64,000 nucleotides of DNA from Oscillospiraceae bacterium (GCA_902774035.1 CACYHA010000016.1:798-64797), one strand, 5' to 3'; counted from the stretch's first letter, positions 45,399-55,835 are shown. Translations and numbers: made by a program. Notes: generated by a model from the sequence alone, not told the origin.

Positions 45399-47201
45399 AT
45401 GAAGCGCGCGATCTGTCTCTTCCTTGCCTTTTGTTTCCTCCTTTCCCTGTGCGGCTGCGGCGGGCTTTCTCCGGAAGGAACAACAGAAGAACCAACCTTT
45501 GATACAACGGAACCGCTGTCTGAACCGGCCGAGACAACGGCGCCGGAACCGGCTGTCTTTTCGCTGAAAACGCTGCCGGACATCGGCGGCTATGTCTCCG
45601 ATGAAAAAAAGGCGTATTTCTTTGACGACGGCGCCCATGAAACCTTTGCGCCGCGCGACGACTACGGCAAAGTCGTTCCGTATTATGCCAATACGTCGGT
45701 CTACCGTGAAGTCCCCGTTTACACTTATACGAACGAGGACGGTTCCTCCTTTGAAGAAGATGTGGAAAAGCGGTCGCTGATGTACGGCGTCGGCGTTGGA
45801 CTCATGACGCGCGACGGAAGAATCATCTGCGAACCGATCTACGATTTTTTCTATCGCATGGAGGATGCTGACGGAAAGAAGGCCTGGGAGCTTCATACCG
45901 AAAACCCGGAAGAAATGTATTCCTCGAAGCTGACCGTGATCGCCGACGACGGCTCATGGAAGCTGGATTTCCCCGAGGGAAGCTACGTCATGTCGGACGA
46001 CAGCGATATGCGCGGGTATTTCAAGGTCAACGTCTTTGACGATGAGGACAACTCCGGGGTGCAGATTTTCACCTTTGACGGCGTTCCGCTGGCGGACCTT
46101 GTCAAGCTCCGGAAAAAGTACGAAACCGAAAATCAAAAACTCGCGTTCAAAGCCGTGGTGAACGACCGGCTGCTTTTGCAGCTTTACGATGCGCGCAGCG
46201 ACAGCGGGTTTGGGTCGTATGATGAAGTAGAAACGGACGAACTGCTGGACGACGTATATTTTTACACTGACTTTAAGGGGAAGAAGCTTTCCGACCTGGA
46301 GCTTGCGATCCCGTTCAGCGAGATGTGCGGCGACTGCATCGTTGGATTCGATGTCGTGGACGATCTGGTTCAGCTTTTCAAGACGGACGGCACGCCATTG
46401 ACGAAAGCGGTTGAGGGCTATTATCGGTGTGACCCGGAAAACGGGATCGTTTTGATCGACAGGCACGACATCGGCCGCATAGAAGTTTATAACACGGAAG
46501 GAACCCTGCTTCATCAGTATGAGATGGACTGGAATTCTCTGGAGATCGGTCCGAACGGCATGGTCTTTCTGGATAAGGAGCAGAAAAAGGTCTTCCGCGT
46601 TTTGGACGGCAGCGAGATCCTGCTCAACATCCCCGATGTTGCCGTCGTGGAAGGCATCTTTGAATCCGTCGGCCGTTACGGCGGCGGAGAATTATACATT
46701 GCCGTGTCCACCAAAAATAAAAGATGCTACCTGTTCGATCTCGAAGGGAACAGGCTTGCGCGCATCCACCAGCCGGACATCGTAGAAGCCAATTACGGCG
46801 ATGAGCCCAGCTATGAGATGGATCTGTTTGTGACGCAGAACTATGTGATTTCCGTCAATCAGAAAAAAGGCTGGTATCTGTTCGACCGTGCGCTGCAGGA
46901 AGAACGGAAACTGCCGTTTTCGGGGATCAATGTGCACTGGGACGAAGAAATCGAAGAACTCGCCTCGCCGGATTTCTTCGGCGATCTGATGAGCCTTTAC
47001 TTCAGCTATCGGAACGACGATATGGATCAACGTTCGAGAACGGAGCTTTATGACCTCAAAACGGGACGAAGGATCGCGAACGATCTGATCTACTCCGAGC
47101 AAACCGACGAGTTGTTCTGGTTCACAACGAAGCGCACGGCAGTGGCAATGGAAAAAGACGGCAGCGTCTTGCTTCAATTAAACAGCAATTCATTGATCTG
47201 A
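45399..47201 (+). CDS. Lipoprotein, unknown function (possibly WG-repeat-like)
   Basis: MKRAICLFLAFCFLLSLCGC-G lipobox. GGAG RBS. 600 aa. Confidence 0.7.
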   Translation: MKRAICLFLAFCFLLSLCGCGGLSPEGTTEEPTFDTTEPLSEPAETTAPEPAVFSLKTLPDIGGYVSDEKKAYFFDDGAHETFAPRDDYGKVVPYYANTSVYREVPVYTYTNEDGSSFEEDVEKRSLMYGVGVGLMTRDGRIICEPIYDFFYRMEDADGKKAWELHTENPEEMYSSKLTVIADDGSWKLDFPEGSYVMSDDSDMRGYFKVNVFDDEDNSGVQIFTFDGVPLADLVKLRKKYETENQKLAFKAVVNDRLLLQLYDARSDSGFGSYDEVETDELLDDVYFYTDFKGKKLSDLELAIPFSEMCGDCIVGFDVVDDLVQLFKTDGTPLTKAVEGYYRCDPENGIVLIDRHDIGRIEVYNTEGTLLHQYEMDWNSLEIGPNGMVFLDKEQKKVFRVLDGSEILLNIPDVAVVEGIFESVGRYGGGELYIAVSTKNKRCYLFDLEGNRLARIHQPDIVEANYGDEPSYEMDLFVTQNYVISVNQKKGWYLFDRALQEERKLPFSGINVHWDEEIEELASPDFFGDLMSLYFSYRNDDMDQRSRTELYDLKTGRRIANDLIYSEQTDELFWFTTKRTAVAMEKDGSVLLQLNSNSLI

Positions 47202-47214
47202 GGAGGAAACACTT

Positions 47215-48165
47215 ATGACCATCAAACGAACACTTGCAATCCTGCTGGTACTCAGCCTGCTGATGCTCTGCGCCTGCGGCGCGCAAACCGACCCGACGGC
47301 GCCGCCGGAAACGAGCACAACGGAAACCACGACCAGCAACCTGAACGGCAACTTTGCCTTCACGAAGGAAAACTATCCGCGCATGGGCGGCTCCCTTGCA
47401 AACCTGCCGCTCGGTCAGGCTGTGACGGCGACCGTGCTCGGCGTTACCCGCGAGGAGGCCAACGAGCTGATCACCTTTGCCGGCTCAACGACCGACAACT
47501 ACAAAGCGATCGTGGACGGCCGGTTCGACATCCTGCTGGCGTATGAGCCGAGCGAAGAGGCCAAGCAGTACATCAAGGACGCCGGCGAGGAACTGGAAAT
47601 GACGCCGATCGGCGTGGACGCGCTGGTCTTTATCTGCTCAAAGGATAACCCGGTGACTTCTTTGACCATTGACCAGATCAAATCGATCTACAGCGGAAAG
47701 ACGACCGACTGGTCCGCTGTCGGCGGCCCGAAGGGAACGATCGCCGCGTATCAGCGCAACCCGGATTCCGGCAGCCAGACCTTGTTCGACAAGCTGATCA
47801 ATCTCGGCGACGATCTGATGGAGCCGCCGAAGGGGCAGCAGATCGACACCATGATCGGTCTGCTGGAGGCAATCGCAGATTATGACAACAGCAAAAACGC
47901 GCTGGGTTACACGGTGTATTATTACCTGACCAACATGGAGCAGGACAAGCTCGCAACTGCAAAGATCCTTGCCGTGGACGGGATCGACCCTTCCAATAAG
48001 AGCATCGGCGACGGCAGCTATCCGCTGACCAACGATTTCTATGTGGTGATCCGCAAATCCGCAGAAGAAAACAGCCCCGAACGTGTGCTGTACAACTGGA
48101 TCTGCTCCGAACAGGGCGCAGAGCTTGTGCGGCAGGAAAACTATCCCGTGCGCACGACGAAATAA
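47215..48165 (+). CDS. PstS-family (PBP2) substrate-binding lipoprotein, without adjacent permease genes
   Basis: LLMLCAC-G lipobox. ..IKSIYSGKTTDWSAVGG..IAAYQRNPDSGSQ.. is typical of phosphate-binding PBP_like_2 proteins. Confidence 0.65.
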   Translation: MTIKRTLAILLVLSLLMLCACGAQTDPTAPPETSTTETTTSNLNGNFAFTKENYPRMGGSLANLPLGQAVTATVLGVTREEANELITFAGSTTDNYKAIVDGRFDILLAYEPSEEAKQYIKDAGEELEMTPIGVDALVFICSKDNPVTSLTIDQIKSIYSGKTTDWSAVGGPKGTIAAYQRNPDSGSQTLFDKLINLGDDLMEPPKGQQIDTMIGLLEAIADYDNSKNALGYTVYYYLTNMEQDKLATAKILAVDGIDPSNKSIGDGSYPLTNDFYVVIRKSAEENSPERVLYNWICSEQGAELVRQENYPVRTTK

Positions 48166-48177
48166 CAAACTAAAAAC

Positions 48178-48218
48178 AAACGCCCGCGTGAATCCGATTT
48201 CATGCGGGCGTTTGTTGT
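48178..48218. terminator. Bidirectional terminator
   Basis: AAACGCCCGC-N16-GCGGGCGTTT hairpin followed by GTTGT. Confidence 0.75.
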
Positions 48219-48277
48219 ACATTGTGAAACTGACTGGAAGCAATCAGAACCACCGGTGGTTTTGGTTTTAACGCTTC

Positions 48278-49804
48278 TTATACACGAACGGTTTTATGCT
48301 GTTTGCCGCCGTCCCAGAAGATCTCCACCGTGACCGACCGGTCGGATGCGATCTGCACGACCGGTTCCTGCGCTTCATTCTCACGCGCTTCGCAAAGCAG
48401 CGTCAGCGTTGTGTCCTTGCCGAAGGGATAGCGCTTCACGCCGTGCCGTTCGGTCAGTTCGATCTGCCAGCGGATGACGCCGTGCTCTGCGTCCGGCTTG
48501 ATACCAAAGACATACTCAAACAGCACGGTGATCGGCGCGAGACCAGTCCAGCCGACGAAATCCGCTCTTGCCGGGTCGCCTTTGCGCGGTTTACCGTCTT
48601 TTCCCGGGCAGGGCGCGTAGTTTTCAAACACAGTGTCCGTGTCGTTAAATACGGAAACAATATAGTCGAGATAGTTGCGGCTGATTTCATGTGATAGACT
48701 GTATTTTCCGTAGCGGTCAAGTCCGCAGAGCACCATGTAGTTTGTCGGTGCCCACACGCCGCCGTTCCAGTAGTCGCCCTCGGCCTTGAATGCCGGATGG
48801 TCTGCCGAAAGCGCCGGGATCCTGCACGGGGTTGCAAACTCATTTTTGTTTTCAAGGTGCGCAATGAAACGCTCCGCTTTGTCTTTGGGAACGATCTCAG
48901 CCAGCAGTGCCCAGTAGGCGCCGATGTGCTTGACATAATTCAGCTCGCCGTTTTTCCAAAGATCGTAATAAAACGCGGTCTTGTCATCCCAAAGCGTTTC
49001 GTTGACCACGCGGATCAGACGCTCCCGTTCTTCCTGCAGCCCCTCAGTGTCGGCTTCTCTGCCCAGCACCTTTGCCATGTCCATAAGGATCTTGCAGTTC
49101 ATCAGCTCCTGCATACAGGCGTCGTTCCAGACCATGTGGCCGTGGGAGAATGCGAAGTGATAGCCCTCCTGCAGCCGCGGCAGATTGTCCATGCCACAGC
49201 CCCAGCCGCTGGACCAGTAGGTGCCGTCGCGCCAGGTGTGGTTCGCGCGCATCCATTCGTGATACGCCATCAAGCAGGGGAAGACATGCGCGAGGCGTTC
49301 GGTGTCGCCGAAGTTTTTGAAATACTCCCATTCGCACCAGGCAAGAATGTTCGGGCCGGTGGCAGCTGGGTCAAAACGTGTGAAATGGTCTCGCCCGGTG
49401 TTTTCTTCGATCTCGCGGCAAATGTAGCCGTCTGCATACTGGTGGGAATACAGGTTGTTCAGCGTTGCTTGAAAATCAAAACTGCGCGCTCCGTATTTTC
49501 CGAACATCAGAATAAAGGCGGAATCCCACATGAAAAGGCAGCCATTGAACGCGGTGTCGATAAAGTTAGAAACGAAGCCGGTGTCGGGCGTCGGTTTGCA
49601 AAGGTTGCCGAACGCCAGCTTCCAGGTCTTGTCATAGCAGCGCATCACATCGTCGTGTCCGTCCCAGATGGGGCGGGGCAGGCGGTCTTTTTCTTTTTCA
49701 TAGGTCGGCAGCGGTTTGTCTTCCGGCGTCATCCCGGCATAGACGTTCTCCTTGAAAAACCGGTTTTCAAGAATCGTAAACTCGTCGTAAAAGCTCTGTT
49801 TCAT
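48278..49804 (-). CDS. (alpha/alpha)6 six-hairpin glycoside hydrolase, trehalase/GH63-like
   Basis: 508 aa. ..WSSGWGCGMDNLPR.., ..YWNGGVWAPTNY.., ..DFVGWTGL.. resemble GH37/GH63 clan motifs. Confidence 0.6.
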   Translation of the reverse strand: MKQSFYDEFTILENRFFKENVYAGMTPEDKPLPTYEKEKDRLPRPIWDGHDDVMRCYDKTWKLAFGNLCKPTPDTGFVSNFIDTAFNGCLFMWDSAFILMFGKYGARSFDFQATLNNLYSHQYADGYICREIEENTGRDHFTRFDPAATGPNILAWCEWEYFKNFGDTERLAHVFPCLMAYHEWMRANHTWRDGTYWSSGWGCGMDNLPRLQEGYHFAFSHGHMVWNDACMQELMNCKILMDMAKVLGREADTEGLQEERERLIRVVNETLWDDKTAFYYDLWKNGELNYVKHIGAYWALLAEIVPKDKAERFIAHLENKNEFATPCRIPALSADHPAFKAEGDYWNGGVWAPTNYMVLCGLDRYGKYSLSHEISRNYLDYIVSVFNDTDTVFENYAPCPGKDGKPRKGDPARADFVGWTGLAPITVLFEYVFGIKPDAEHGVIRWQIELTERHGVKRYPFGKDTTLTLLCEARENEAQEPVVQIASDRSVTVEIFWDGGKQHKTVRV

Positions 49805-49815
49805 GGCTGTCCTCC

Positions 49816-50649
49816 TTAAATAATCGTGAGTTCGCGTGCAATTCCGTCATATCCGCCGCCGGTAACGAACTGCGTCATTCCCGGCGCAAGCTCGCTTTCG
49901 AAGCTGAAGTGGATATGGCCGGCAAGGACCGCTTTGATTTGCGGCTGCGATTTGATGAATGCAGCCATTTCCTCTGTGATGCCGCGCGGCCGGATCTCGA
50001 TCGCTCTCCACTCGTCGTCAGGCATATGATCTTCATCGCAGCCGAGAAGATAGGAGCTGGAACCGGGACCGCTGCGTTCAATATGGCGGTCATACAGCGA
50101 TTGCTCGAACAGGGGCACATGCAGGCACAAGATGATCGGGAGCCCTTTCGCAAGCTCTTTTTTGAGCCGTGTGAGCTGCCAGGGTTCAAATTGGTGGTAG
50201 CTGTCGTCAATGCCGACAAAATTGACGCCGCCGATGACCCTGGAGTGAAAGAACAGCGGTGTTCCAAGCCCCGGCCGCATCTCAAAAAAGCTGTTCATCT
50301 TGTAGGCACGGTCCTCATACGCCTCGCCGACGTACTGTGAAAACTCGTGGTTGCCCGCAATGAAAAATACCTTCTCTTCGGCAAGTACCTTTCGGGCAAA
50401 GTCGAAATTCGCCTGCGAGGTGAAGTCGAACAGATCTCCCGTATGTACCATCAGGTCACAGCTTTCTTTGGCATATGCCAGATGCTCGGAGAAATACCGC
50501 TCCTTCTCGGGTGAACTGAGCCGCTTGCAAAGCTCTTGCTTGCGCTCATTGTCCCGTTCATCCGCATAGGACAGATGGGAATCTGTGACGTGAAGAATTT
50601 TCAGCGGAGTATCCAGACCGATACAGATCGTGTTTTTGATCAGTTGCAT
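49816..50649 (-). CDS. Calcineurin-like metallophosphoesterase
   Basis: ..LKILHVTDSH.., ..HTGDLFD.., ..IAGNHE.. motifs. Confidence 0.8.
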   Translation of the reverse strand: MQLIKNTICIGLDTPLKILHVTDSHLSYADERDNERKQELCKRLSSPEKERYFSEHLAYAKESCDLMVHTGDLFDFTSQANFDFARKVLAEEKVFFIAGNHEFSQYVGEAYEDRAYKMNSFFEMRPGLGTPLFFHSRVIGGVNFVGIDDSYHQFEPWQLTRLKKELAKGLPIILCLHVPLFEQSLYDRHIERSGPGSSSYLLGCDEDHMPDDEWRAIEIRPRGITEEMAAFIKSQPQIKAVLAGHIHFSFESELAPGMTQFVTGGGYDGIARELTII

Positions 50650-50660
50650 AGTAACCTCCT

Positions 50661-52868
50661 TTAGCTGTTCAAAAGCTGACCGTTCCTTACGGAAAGTTCA
50701 AATGATGCGAGGATCTCTTCGCTCGACGTGCCGAGCAGCAGCGTGTGTCCGCCGTCGTGCAGGCCGAACTGCATCGCCGCGTCATAGTAGCAGAACGTGT
50801 CCGCGGAAAGATGCAGCGAAACGCGCTTGCTTTCCCCGGCTTTGAGAAATACGCGCCGATAGGCTTTCAGCTCCTTGACCGGGCGCACGACCGAACAGTC
50901 ATGCGAGGCGAGGTAAAGCTGCGCCACCTCTGCGCCGTCGGCGCTTCCGGTGTTAATGAGGGTGAACGTGATCTCGGCCTCGTTCTGCGCAACACAGAGC
51001 GCGGCGTCCGCAATGGCAAATGTCGTGTAGCTCAAGCCGAAGCCGAAGGGGAACTGCGGCTTGCCGTCGTTGTCGCAGTAGGCGTAGCCGCGGCCGGAAG
51101 GCTTGTGCGCATAGAACAGCGGGAGCTGGCCGACCGATTTCGGAACGGTGATCGGCAGCTTGCCCGAGGGGTTCGTTTCGCCGAACAGGATCTCCGTCAG
51201 CGCCCGAGCGCCCTGTTCGCCGGGGTACCAGGCTTCTACCACGGCGTTTGTCGCATCGATCCAGGCGCTCATGTCGATCGGCGCGCCGTTCATGAGGATA
51301 ACGACCGTGTTTGCGTTGGCGCTGCAAAGGCGCCGGATGGATGCCTCCTGGTCATCCGTCACTTCCTGCCGCGCAGAGTCAACGATCAGGCCGCCGTCAC
51401 GTTCTTCGCTCCGGTGAACCGCCACAGACGGCAGACGCAGATCACTGCGGTCGCTGCCTTCGCCTTCAAGAATGGTCGTAAAATAAAAATTGACGTCGCA
51501 GGTCGGGGCAAGACGCTCGATCTCTTCGCTTTCGCCGAAGAAGAGCTCGGCATCGGCGCCGAAGAATTCCTGCAGCGCCTCCAGCGGCGTCGGCGCGTCT
51601 TCGCCCTGCCAGGGCGCCCGATACGGCCCGGAATAGTTTGTGCCGATGGGGATCAGCTTTGCGCTCTGGCCGAAAACGCCGATGCGTTTGATCGCGCTCT
51701 TTTTCAGCGGAAGCACACCCTCGTTTTTCAAAAGCACGATGGATTCCCGTGCGGCTTCCAGCGCGAGGGAGCGGTGCTTTTCGCAGCGGACAAGGGCGTT
51801 CGCCGCCGCGCCGTCGCGGTAGGGCGCTTCAAACAGCCCGAGCCGGAACTTTGCCGCCAAAACGCGCAAAACGTTCTTGTCAAGCTCCGCTTCCGTGAGG
51901 TATCCCCGCTCCACCGCTTCCTTGACCGTGTCGAACCAGTTGAAGGGCAAGATCACATCCAGCCCGGCTTTGAGCGCCAGCGCCGCCGCCTTTGCGTCGG
52001 AATCCGTCAGACGGTGCGCCGTGCGGAGCCCTTCCACGCCGCAGTAATCGGAAACCACAAAGCCACGGAAGCCCCAGTCGCCGCGCAAAATGTCGGTCAA
52101 AAGGTGCGCGTTTGCGCTGCAGGGCACACCTTCCCAGCCGTTATAGCCCGCCATCACCGACTGTGCGCCCGCGTCAAAACAGGCTTTGAACGGCGGAAGG
52201 ATCGTTTCGCGCATGGTGCGTTCACTCGTTTCCGCATAGTTGGAATCTCTGCCGCCGTAACTGTAGTTGTCGGCAAAATGCTTCGGCGTGGCGATCACGC
52301 CGTTTTGTTCGAATCCGCGGCACATGGCAGCCCCGAGGTCGCTCATCAGCTTCACGTCCTCGCCGAAGGTCTCCACGGTGCGTCCCCAGCGGCAGTCGCG
52401 CACCAGATTGACGACAGGGGCGAAGACCTGGCGCACGCCGACGGCGGCGCACTCTTTGCCGATCGCGTCGGCGACCCGTTCCGTCAGCGCGGGGTCAAAC
52501 GAGGACGCAAGGCCGATGGGCTGCGGAAAGTTCGTGCCCATGCCCCATTGGGCGCTGTGCAGCGCCTCGCCGTTTTCGAGCGGAGGAATATGGTGCGGCT
52601 GCGCTTCGATGCTGCGGCGCATATCGTTGTTGATCTTTTCGGCGACCTCGGCCGGGGAGGCCGGCGTTTCGCGCTGATAGTGCATGAAGTGGCCGGGGTT
52701 GCGGTAGCTGCCGCAAAGCGGGTCGCGCCGCGTGTCGTAATCGCCGTCCACGTCGAACAGCATGTCGGCGGTCACCTGGCGGATCTTTTCGTCGAGCGAC
52801 AGTTGGCGCAGCAAATCCAGTGCCTTTTGCGTCGCTTCTTTCTGTTCCGCTTTCTCGTTTTGTTTCAT
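50661..52868 (-). CDS. Glycoside hydrolase family 3 beta-glucosidase-like enzyme
   Basis: 735 aa. ..KHFADN.., ..GFRGFVVSDY.. nucleophile region and a C-terminal FnIII-like domain. Confidence 0.88.
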   Translation of the reverse strand: MKQNEKAEQKEATQKALDLLRQLSLDEKIRQVTADMLFDVDGDYDTRRDPLCGSYRNPGHFMHYQRETPASPAEVAEKINNDMRRSIEAQPHHIPPLENGEALHSAQWGMGTNFPQPIGLASSFDPALTERVADAIGKECAAVGVRQVFAPVVNLVRDCRWGRTVETFGEDVKLMSDLGAAMCRGFEQNGVIATPKHFADNYSYGGRDSNYAETSERTMRETILPPFKACFDAGAQSVMAGYNGWEGVPCSANAHLLTDILRGDWGFRGFVVSDYCGVEGLRTAHRLTDSDAKAAALALKAGLDVILPFNWFDTVKEAVERGYLTEAELDKNVLRVLAAKFRLGLFEAPYRDGAAANALVRCEKHRSLALEAARESIVLLKNEGVLPLKKSAIKRIGVFGQSAKLIPIGTNYSGPYRAPWQGEDAPTPLEALQEFFGADAELFFGESEEIERLAPTCDVNFYFTTILEGEGSDRSDLRLPSVAVHRSEERDGGLIVDSARQEVTDDQEASIRRLCSANANTVVILMNGAPIDMSAWIDATNAVVEAWYPGEQGARALTEILFGETNPSGKLPITVPKSVGQLPLFYAHKPSGRGYAYCDNDGKPQFPFGFGLSYTTFAIADAALCVAQNEAEITFTLINTGSADGAEVAQLYLASHDCSVVRPVKELKAYRRVFLKAGESKRVSLHLSADTFCYYDAAMQFGLHDGGHTLLLGTSSEEILASFELSVRNGQLLNS

Positions 52869-53000
52869 AGTATCACCTTGTGGTCGCTGCGGATGTTTTC
52901 ATTACAGAAAGTATAGCATGTAGCGGCAAAAAAAACAAGGAAAAATCCATAAAAAACTATTGACACATGTGTGCCTCTGTGTTATGTTCTAAGCAAGCGT

Positions 53001-53066
53001 TGATTCACTCGAATGTGCAAAATGACGGAACATTTGCAGTCAAGATTTGCACATCGGAGTGAATCA
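53001..53066 (+). promoter_or_regulatory. 21-bp inverted repeat in the leader of the fucosidase gene
   Basis: TGATTCACTCGAATGTGCAAA (53001-53021) and TTTGCACATCGGAGTGAATCA (53046-53066), 2 mismatches. Downstream of a TTGACA-N17-TATGTT promoter at 52960-52988. Confidence 0.6.
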
Positions 53067-53099
53067 TCGGTTACCGAAGAAAAGGGGAGTGCTATCAGC

Positions 53100-54569
53100 A
53101 TGAGAAAAGCCTGTCTTGAAAAAATCGACGAAGTGATTAAAAACGGACCTTATAAAGACAACTGGGAATCCCTTTCCGCCCACAGGACTCCTGCGTGGTA
53201 TTCCCGGGGAAAGCTCGGAATTTTTATCCACTGGGGCATCTACAGCGTCCCTGCCTTCGGCAACGAGTGGTATTCCCGAAACATGTACAACCGGGACGAC
53301 GGCGCCTTTGCCCACCATGTGGAGGTTTACGGTCCCCAGAAAGAGTTTGGCTACAAGGATTTTATCCCGATGTTCAAAGGCGAACGCTTTGACGCCGCCG
53401 CCTGGATCGAGACGTTCAAAAACGCCGGTGCGGCCTTTGTGGTGCCCGTGCTGGAGCATCACGACGGCTTTTCCATGTATGATTCCGCCTTCAATCGCTG
53501 GAACGCCAAACGGATGGGTCCCTGCCGGGATGTGGCGGCGGAGCTGAAAGCGGAATGCGAAAAGCAGGGGCTGCAGTTCTGCGCTTCGACCCATCGCGCC
53601 GAGCATTATTTCTTTATGAATCTCGGCAGAGCCTTTGAAAGCGACGTTGACCCCGACGCGGAATGGTTCGATTTTTACGCCCCGGCAGTCTATAACGAAG
53701 ACTTCGGCCCGCAGACGATGTTTCCCACCACGGACGCAGTGGACGGCGCGGGGCCGGACAGGGACTGGCTGGAGGACTGGCTTTGCCGCACCTGCGAGAT
53801 CATTGACAAGTACCGTCCGAAGCTGCTTTATTTTGACTGGTGGATCCAGAATCAAAACTATAAGCCATATCTCAAAAAGCTCGCCGCCTATTACTACAAC
53901 CGTGCGCTGGAATGGGGAGCGGAGGTCACGATCGACTTCAAGCATAACGCCTTCCCCCTCGGCACAGCGACGCTCGACATCGAGCGCGGCTCTCTGGGCG
54001 ACATTTTTCCCTATCCCTGGCAGACGGACACGGCCATCGGCAAGCGCTCCTGGGGCTACACCACCGACAACGAATTCAAAAGCGCCTTTAACATCGTTAC
54101 GACGCTGATCGACGTGGTCTCAAAAAACGGGATGCTGCTTTTGAACATCGGCCCGAAGCCGGACGGCACCTTCACCGCCGAGGAGACCGAGGTGCTCTCC
54201 GCTCTCGGCGCATGGCTGCGTGTCAACGGGGAGGGGATCTACGGAACTGTGCCGTATAAATTCTACAAAGAAGGGGAGACCGCCGCGTCCTCCGGGATGT
54301 TCTCCGAGGGCGACTTGCGCTATACGCCGCAGGATTTCCGTTTCACCTATAAAAACGGCGTTCTGTATGCCTTCCAGATGCAGCCCGGGCAGACCGCCGA
54401 GATCAAATCGCTGCACACGGACCGCTGCGGCGTCTGCGTGGAAAACGTCCGGGTCCTCGGCGATAACGAGGTGGAACATTTTTCCTGCGGAAAAGACGGG
54501 CTTTTCGTCCGGCTGAAGAACGCGCCGCAGGGGGATCTGCCGCTTTGCTTGAAAATTACGCTTGCATAA
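53100..54569 (+). CDS. Alpha-L-fucosidase (GH29)
   Basis: ..GIFIHWGIYSVPAFGNEWYSRNMY.. GH29 signature. Start MRKACLEKI after GGGGAG (the track start at 53013 lies inside the leader hairpin). Confidence 0.88.
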   Translation: MRKACLEKIDEVIKNGPYKDNWESLSAHRTPAWYSRGKLGIFIHWGIYSVPAFGNEWYSRNMYNRDDGAFAHHVEVYGPQKEFGYKDFIPMFKGERFDAAAWIETFKNAGAAFVVPVLEHHDGFSMYDSAFNRWNAKRMGPCRDVAAELKAECEKQGLQFCASTHRAEHYFFMNLGRAFESDVDPDAEWFDFYAPAVYNEDFGPQTMFPTTDAVDGAGPDRDWLEDWLCRTCEIIDKYRPKLLYFDWWIQNQNYKPYLKKLAAYYYNRALEWGAEVTIDFKHNAFPLGTATLDIERGSLGDIFPYPWQTDTAIGKRSWGYTTDNEFKSAFNIVTTLIDVVSKNGMLLLNIGPKPDGTFTAEETEVLSALGAWLRVNGEGIYGTVPYKFYKEGETAASSGMFSEGDLRYTPQDFRFTYKNGVLYAFQMQPGQTAEIKSLHTDRCGVCVENVRVLGDNEVEHFSCGKDGLFVRLKNAPQGDLPLCLKITLA

Positions 54570-54612
54570 GAAAAAGGTACGCTGCAAAATAAACCGGCAG
54601 CTCGCTGCTTTT

Positions 54613-54756
54613 CTCGCACGGCTGCGCCGTGCGAAATGCGGCGGCGGGGCCGCGCAGCCCGGGCTGCGGGGCCCCTGTGCGCTTTCGCGCACAGGGGCGC
54701 CTCGTGCGTTGCACGAGGCGCCCCGCCGCCGCCCCCGCGCAGCGAAGCTGCGCGGA
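54613..54756. repeat. GC-rich multi-hairpin intergenic element (copy C)
   Basis: TCGCACGGC/GCCGTGCGA, CCGCGCAGCCC/GGGCTGCGG, CCCCTGTGCGC/GCGCACAGGGG, GCGCCTCGTGC/GCACGAGGCGC and GCGCAGC/GCTGCGC, enclosed by GCGGCGGCGGGG...CCCCGCCGCCGC. Confidence 0.8.
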
Positions 54757-54905
54757 AAAGAGTATGCCGCAGAACCGTTTTCGTCAAAAGCACAACAAAA
54801 AAAGGCGCTTTCGGGGTGATTCCCCTGAAAGCGTCCTTCTTTACACAAGCCTCCGTGTGTTTGCTGGGAAACCGCTGTTTCCCTTTGCAGGAAACGGGCG
54901 TACCG

Positions 54906-55835
54906 TTATTCGAAGAGCGGGGTGGAAAAATAGCGCTCCGCCGTGTCCGGCAGCACAGTGACCACGGTTTTTCCCTTGCCGAGAACCTTCGCCAGCCGGA
55001 TCGCGGCGGCCACGTTCGTTCCGCTGGAGATGCCGCACATGATGCCTTCCTTGCTTGCCAGCTCCTTGGAGATGCGGATCGCCTCCTCGTCCTCGATGAT
55101 GCAGATCTCGTCGTAGACGTCGGTGTTGAGGATCGGCGGGATGATCCCGTCGCCGATGCCCATCTGCAAATGGGTGCCGATGGCGCCGCCGGAGAGAATG
55201 GCCGCGTTTTTCGGCTCAACGGCCCAGATGGTGATCTCCGGGTTCGCCCGTCTCAAAACTTCGCCGATGCCGGTGATGGTGCCGCCGGTGCCGATCCCGG
55301 AGCAAAAGCCGTCGATGTGGCGGCCGACGTCCTCCAGAATTTCCCGTGCCGTCTGCGTGCGCTGGGCAAGCACATTGTTTTCGTTTTCAAATTGCTGGGG
55401 CACGAACACACGCGGATCGTCCCGCTGCATCTGCAGCGCCAGCGCAAGGCAGTCTTCGATGCATTTGCCGATGTTGCCGTCGTCGTGGATCAGAATGACC
55501 TCGGCGCCGTAATGCTCCACGAGCAGGCGGCGCTCCATGGAAACGGAATCCGGCATGATGATTTTGGTCCGGTAGCCGCGCACGGCGCCTACAAGGGCGA
55601 GGCCGATGCCCTGGTTGCCGCTGGTGGGCTCCACAATGATCGTGTCCGGCCCGATGCGGCCGCTCTCCTCCGCCGCGCGGATCATGTTGAACGCGGTGCG
55701 CGTTTTGATGGAACCGCCGATGTTGAGGCCTTCGTATTTGCAAAGGATCTGCGCGCCCTCGGGGTCGCCGAGGTGCTGCAGACGAATGACCGGGGTGTGG
55801 CCGATCGCTTCCAGAATGTTGTTGTAGATTGGCAA
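54906..55835 (-). CDS. cysK: Cysteine synthase A (O-acetylserine sulfhydrylase)
   Basis: ..PTSGNQGIGLALV.. PLP motif. 309 aa from a TTG start preceded by GGAGGG and 7 nt. The track ATG start adds 12 unsupported residues. Confidence 0.9.
   Translation of the reverse strand: MPIYNNILEAIGHTPVIRLQHLGDPEGAQILCKYEGLNIGGSIKTRTAFNMIRAAEESGRIGPDTIIVEPTSGNQGIGLALVGAVRGYRTKIIMPDSVSMERRLLVEHYGAEVILIHDDGNIGKCIEDCLALALQMQRDDPRVFVPQQFENENNVLAQRTQTAREILEDVGRHIDGFCSGIGTGGTITGIGEVLRRANPEITIWAVEPKNAAILSGGAIGTHLQMGIGDGIIPPILNTDVYDEICIIEDEEAIRISKELASKEGIMCGISSGTNVAAAIRLAKVLGKGKTVVTVLPDTAERYFSTPLFE

Noticed and set aside
50745-52916. 723-aa plus-strand ORF. Similar long antisense frames occur at 12882-14765, 34611-36155, 37494-39452, 43602-44708, 48797-49819, 54636-55946 and 58726-60648.
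   Set aside because: Each is the mirror frame of a gene with a recognisable family: GH3, LRR surface protein, Xth, PrsA-like, rSAM, GH63-like, CysK and FeoB. All have Arg/His/Gly/Ala-rich low-complexity translations and no RBS.
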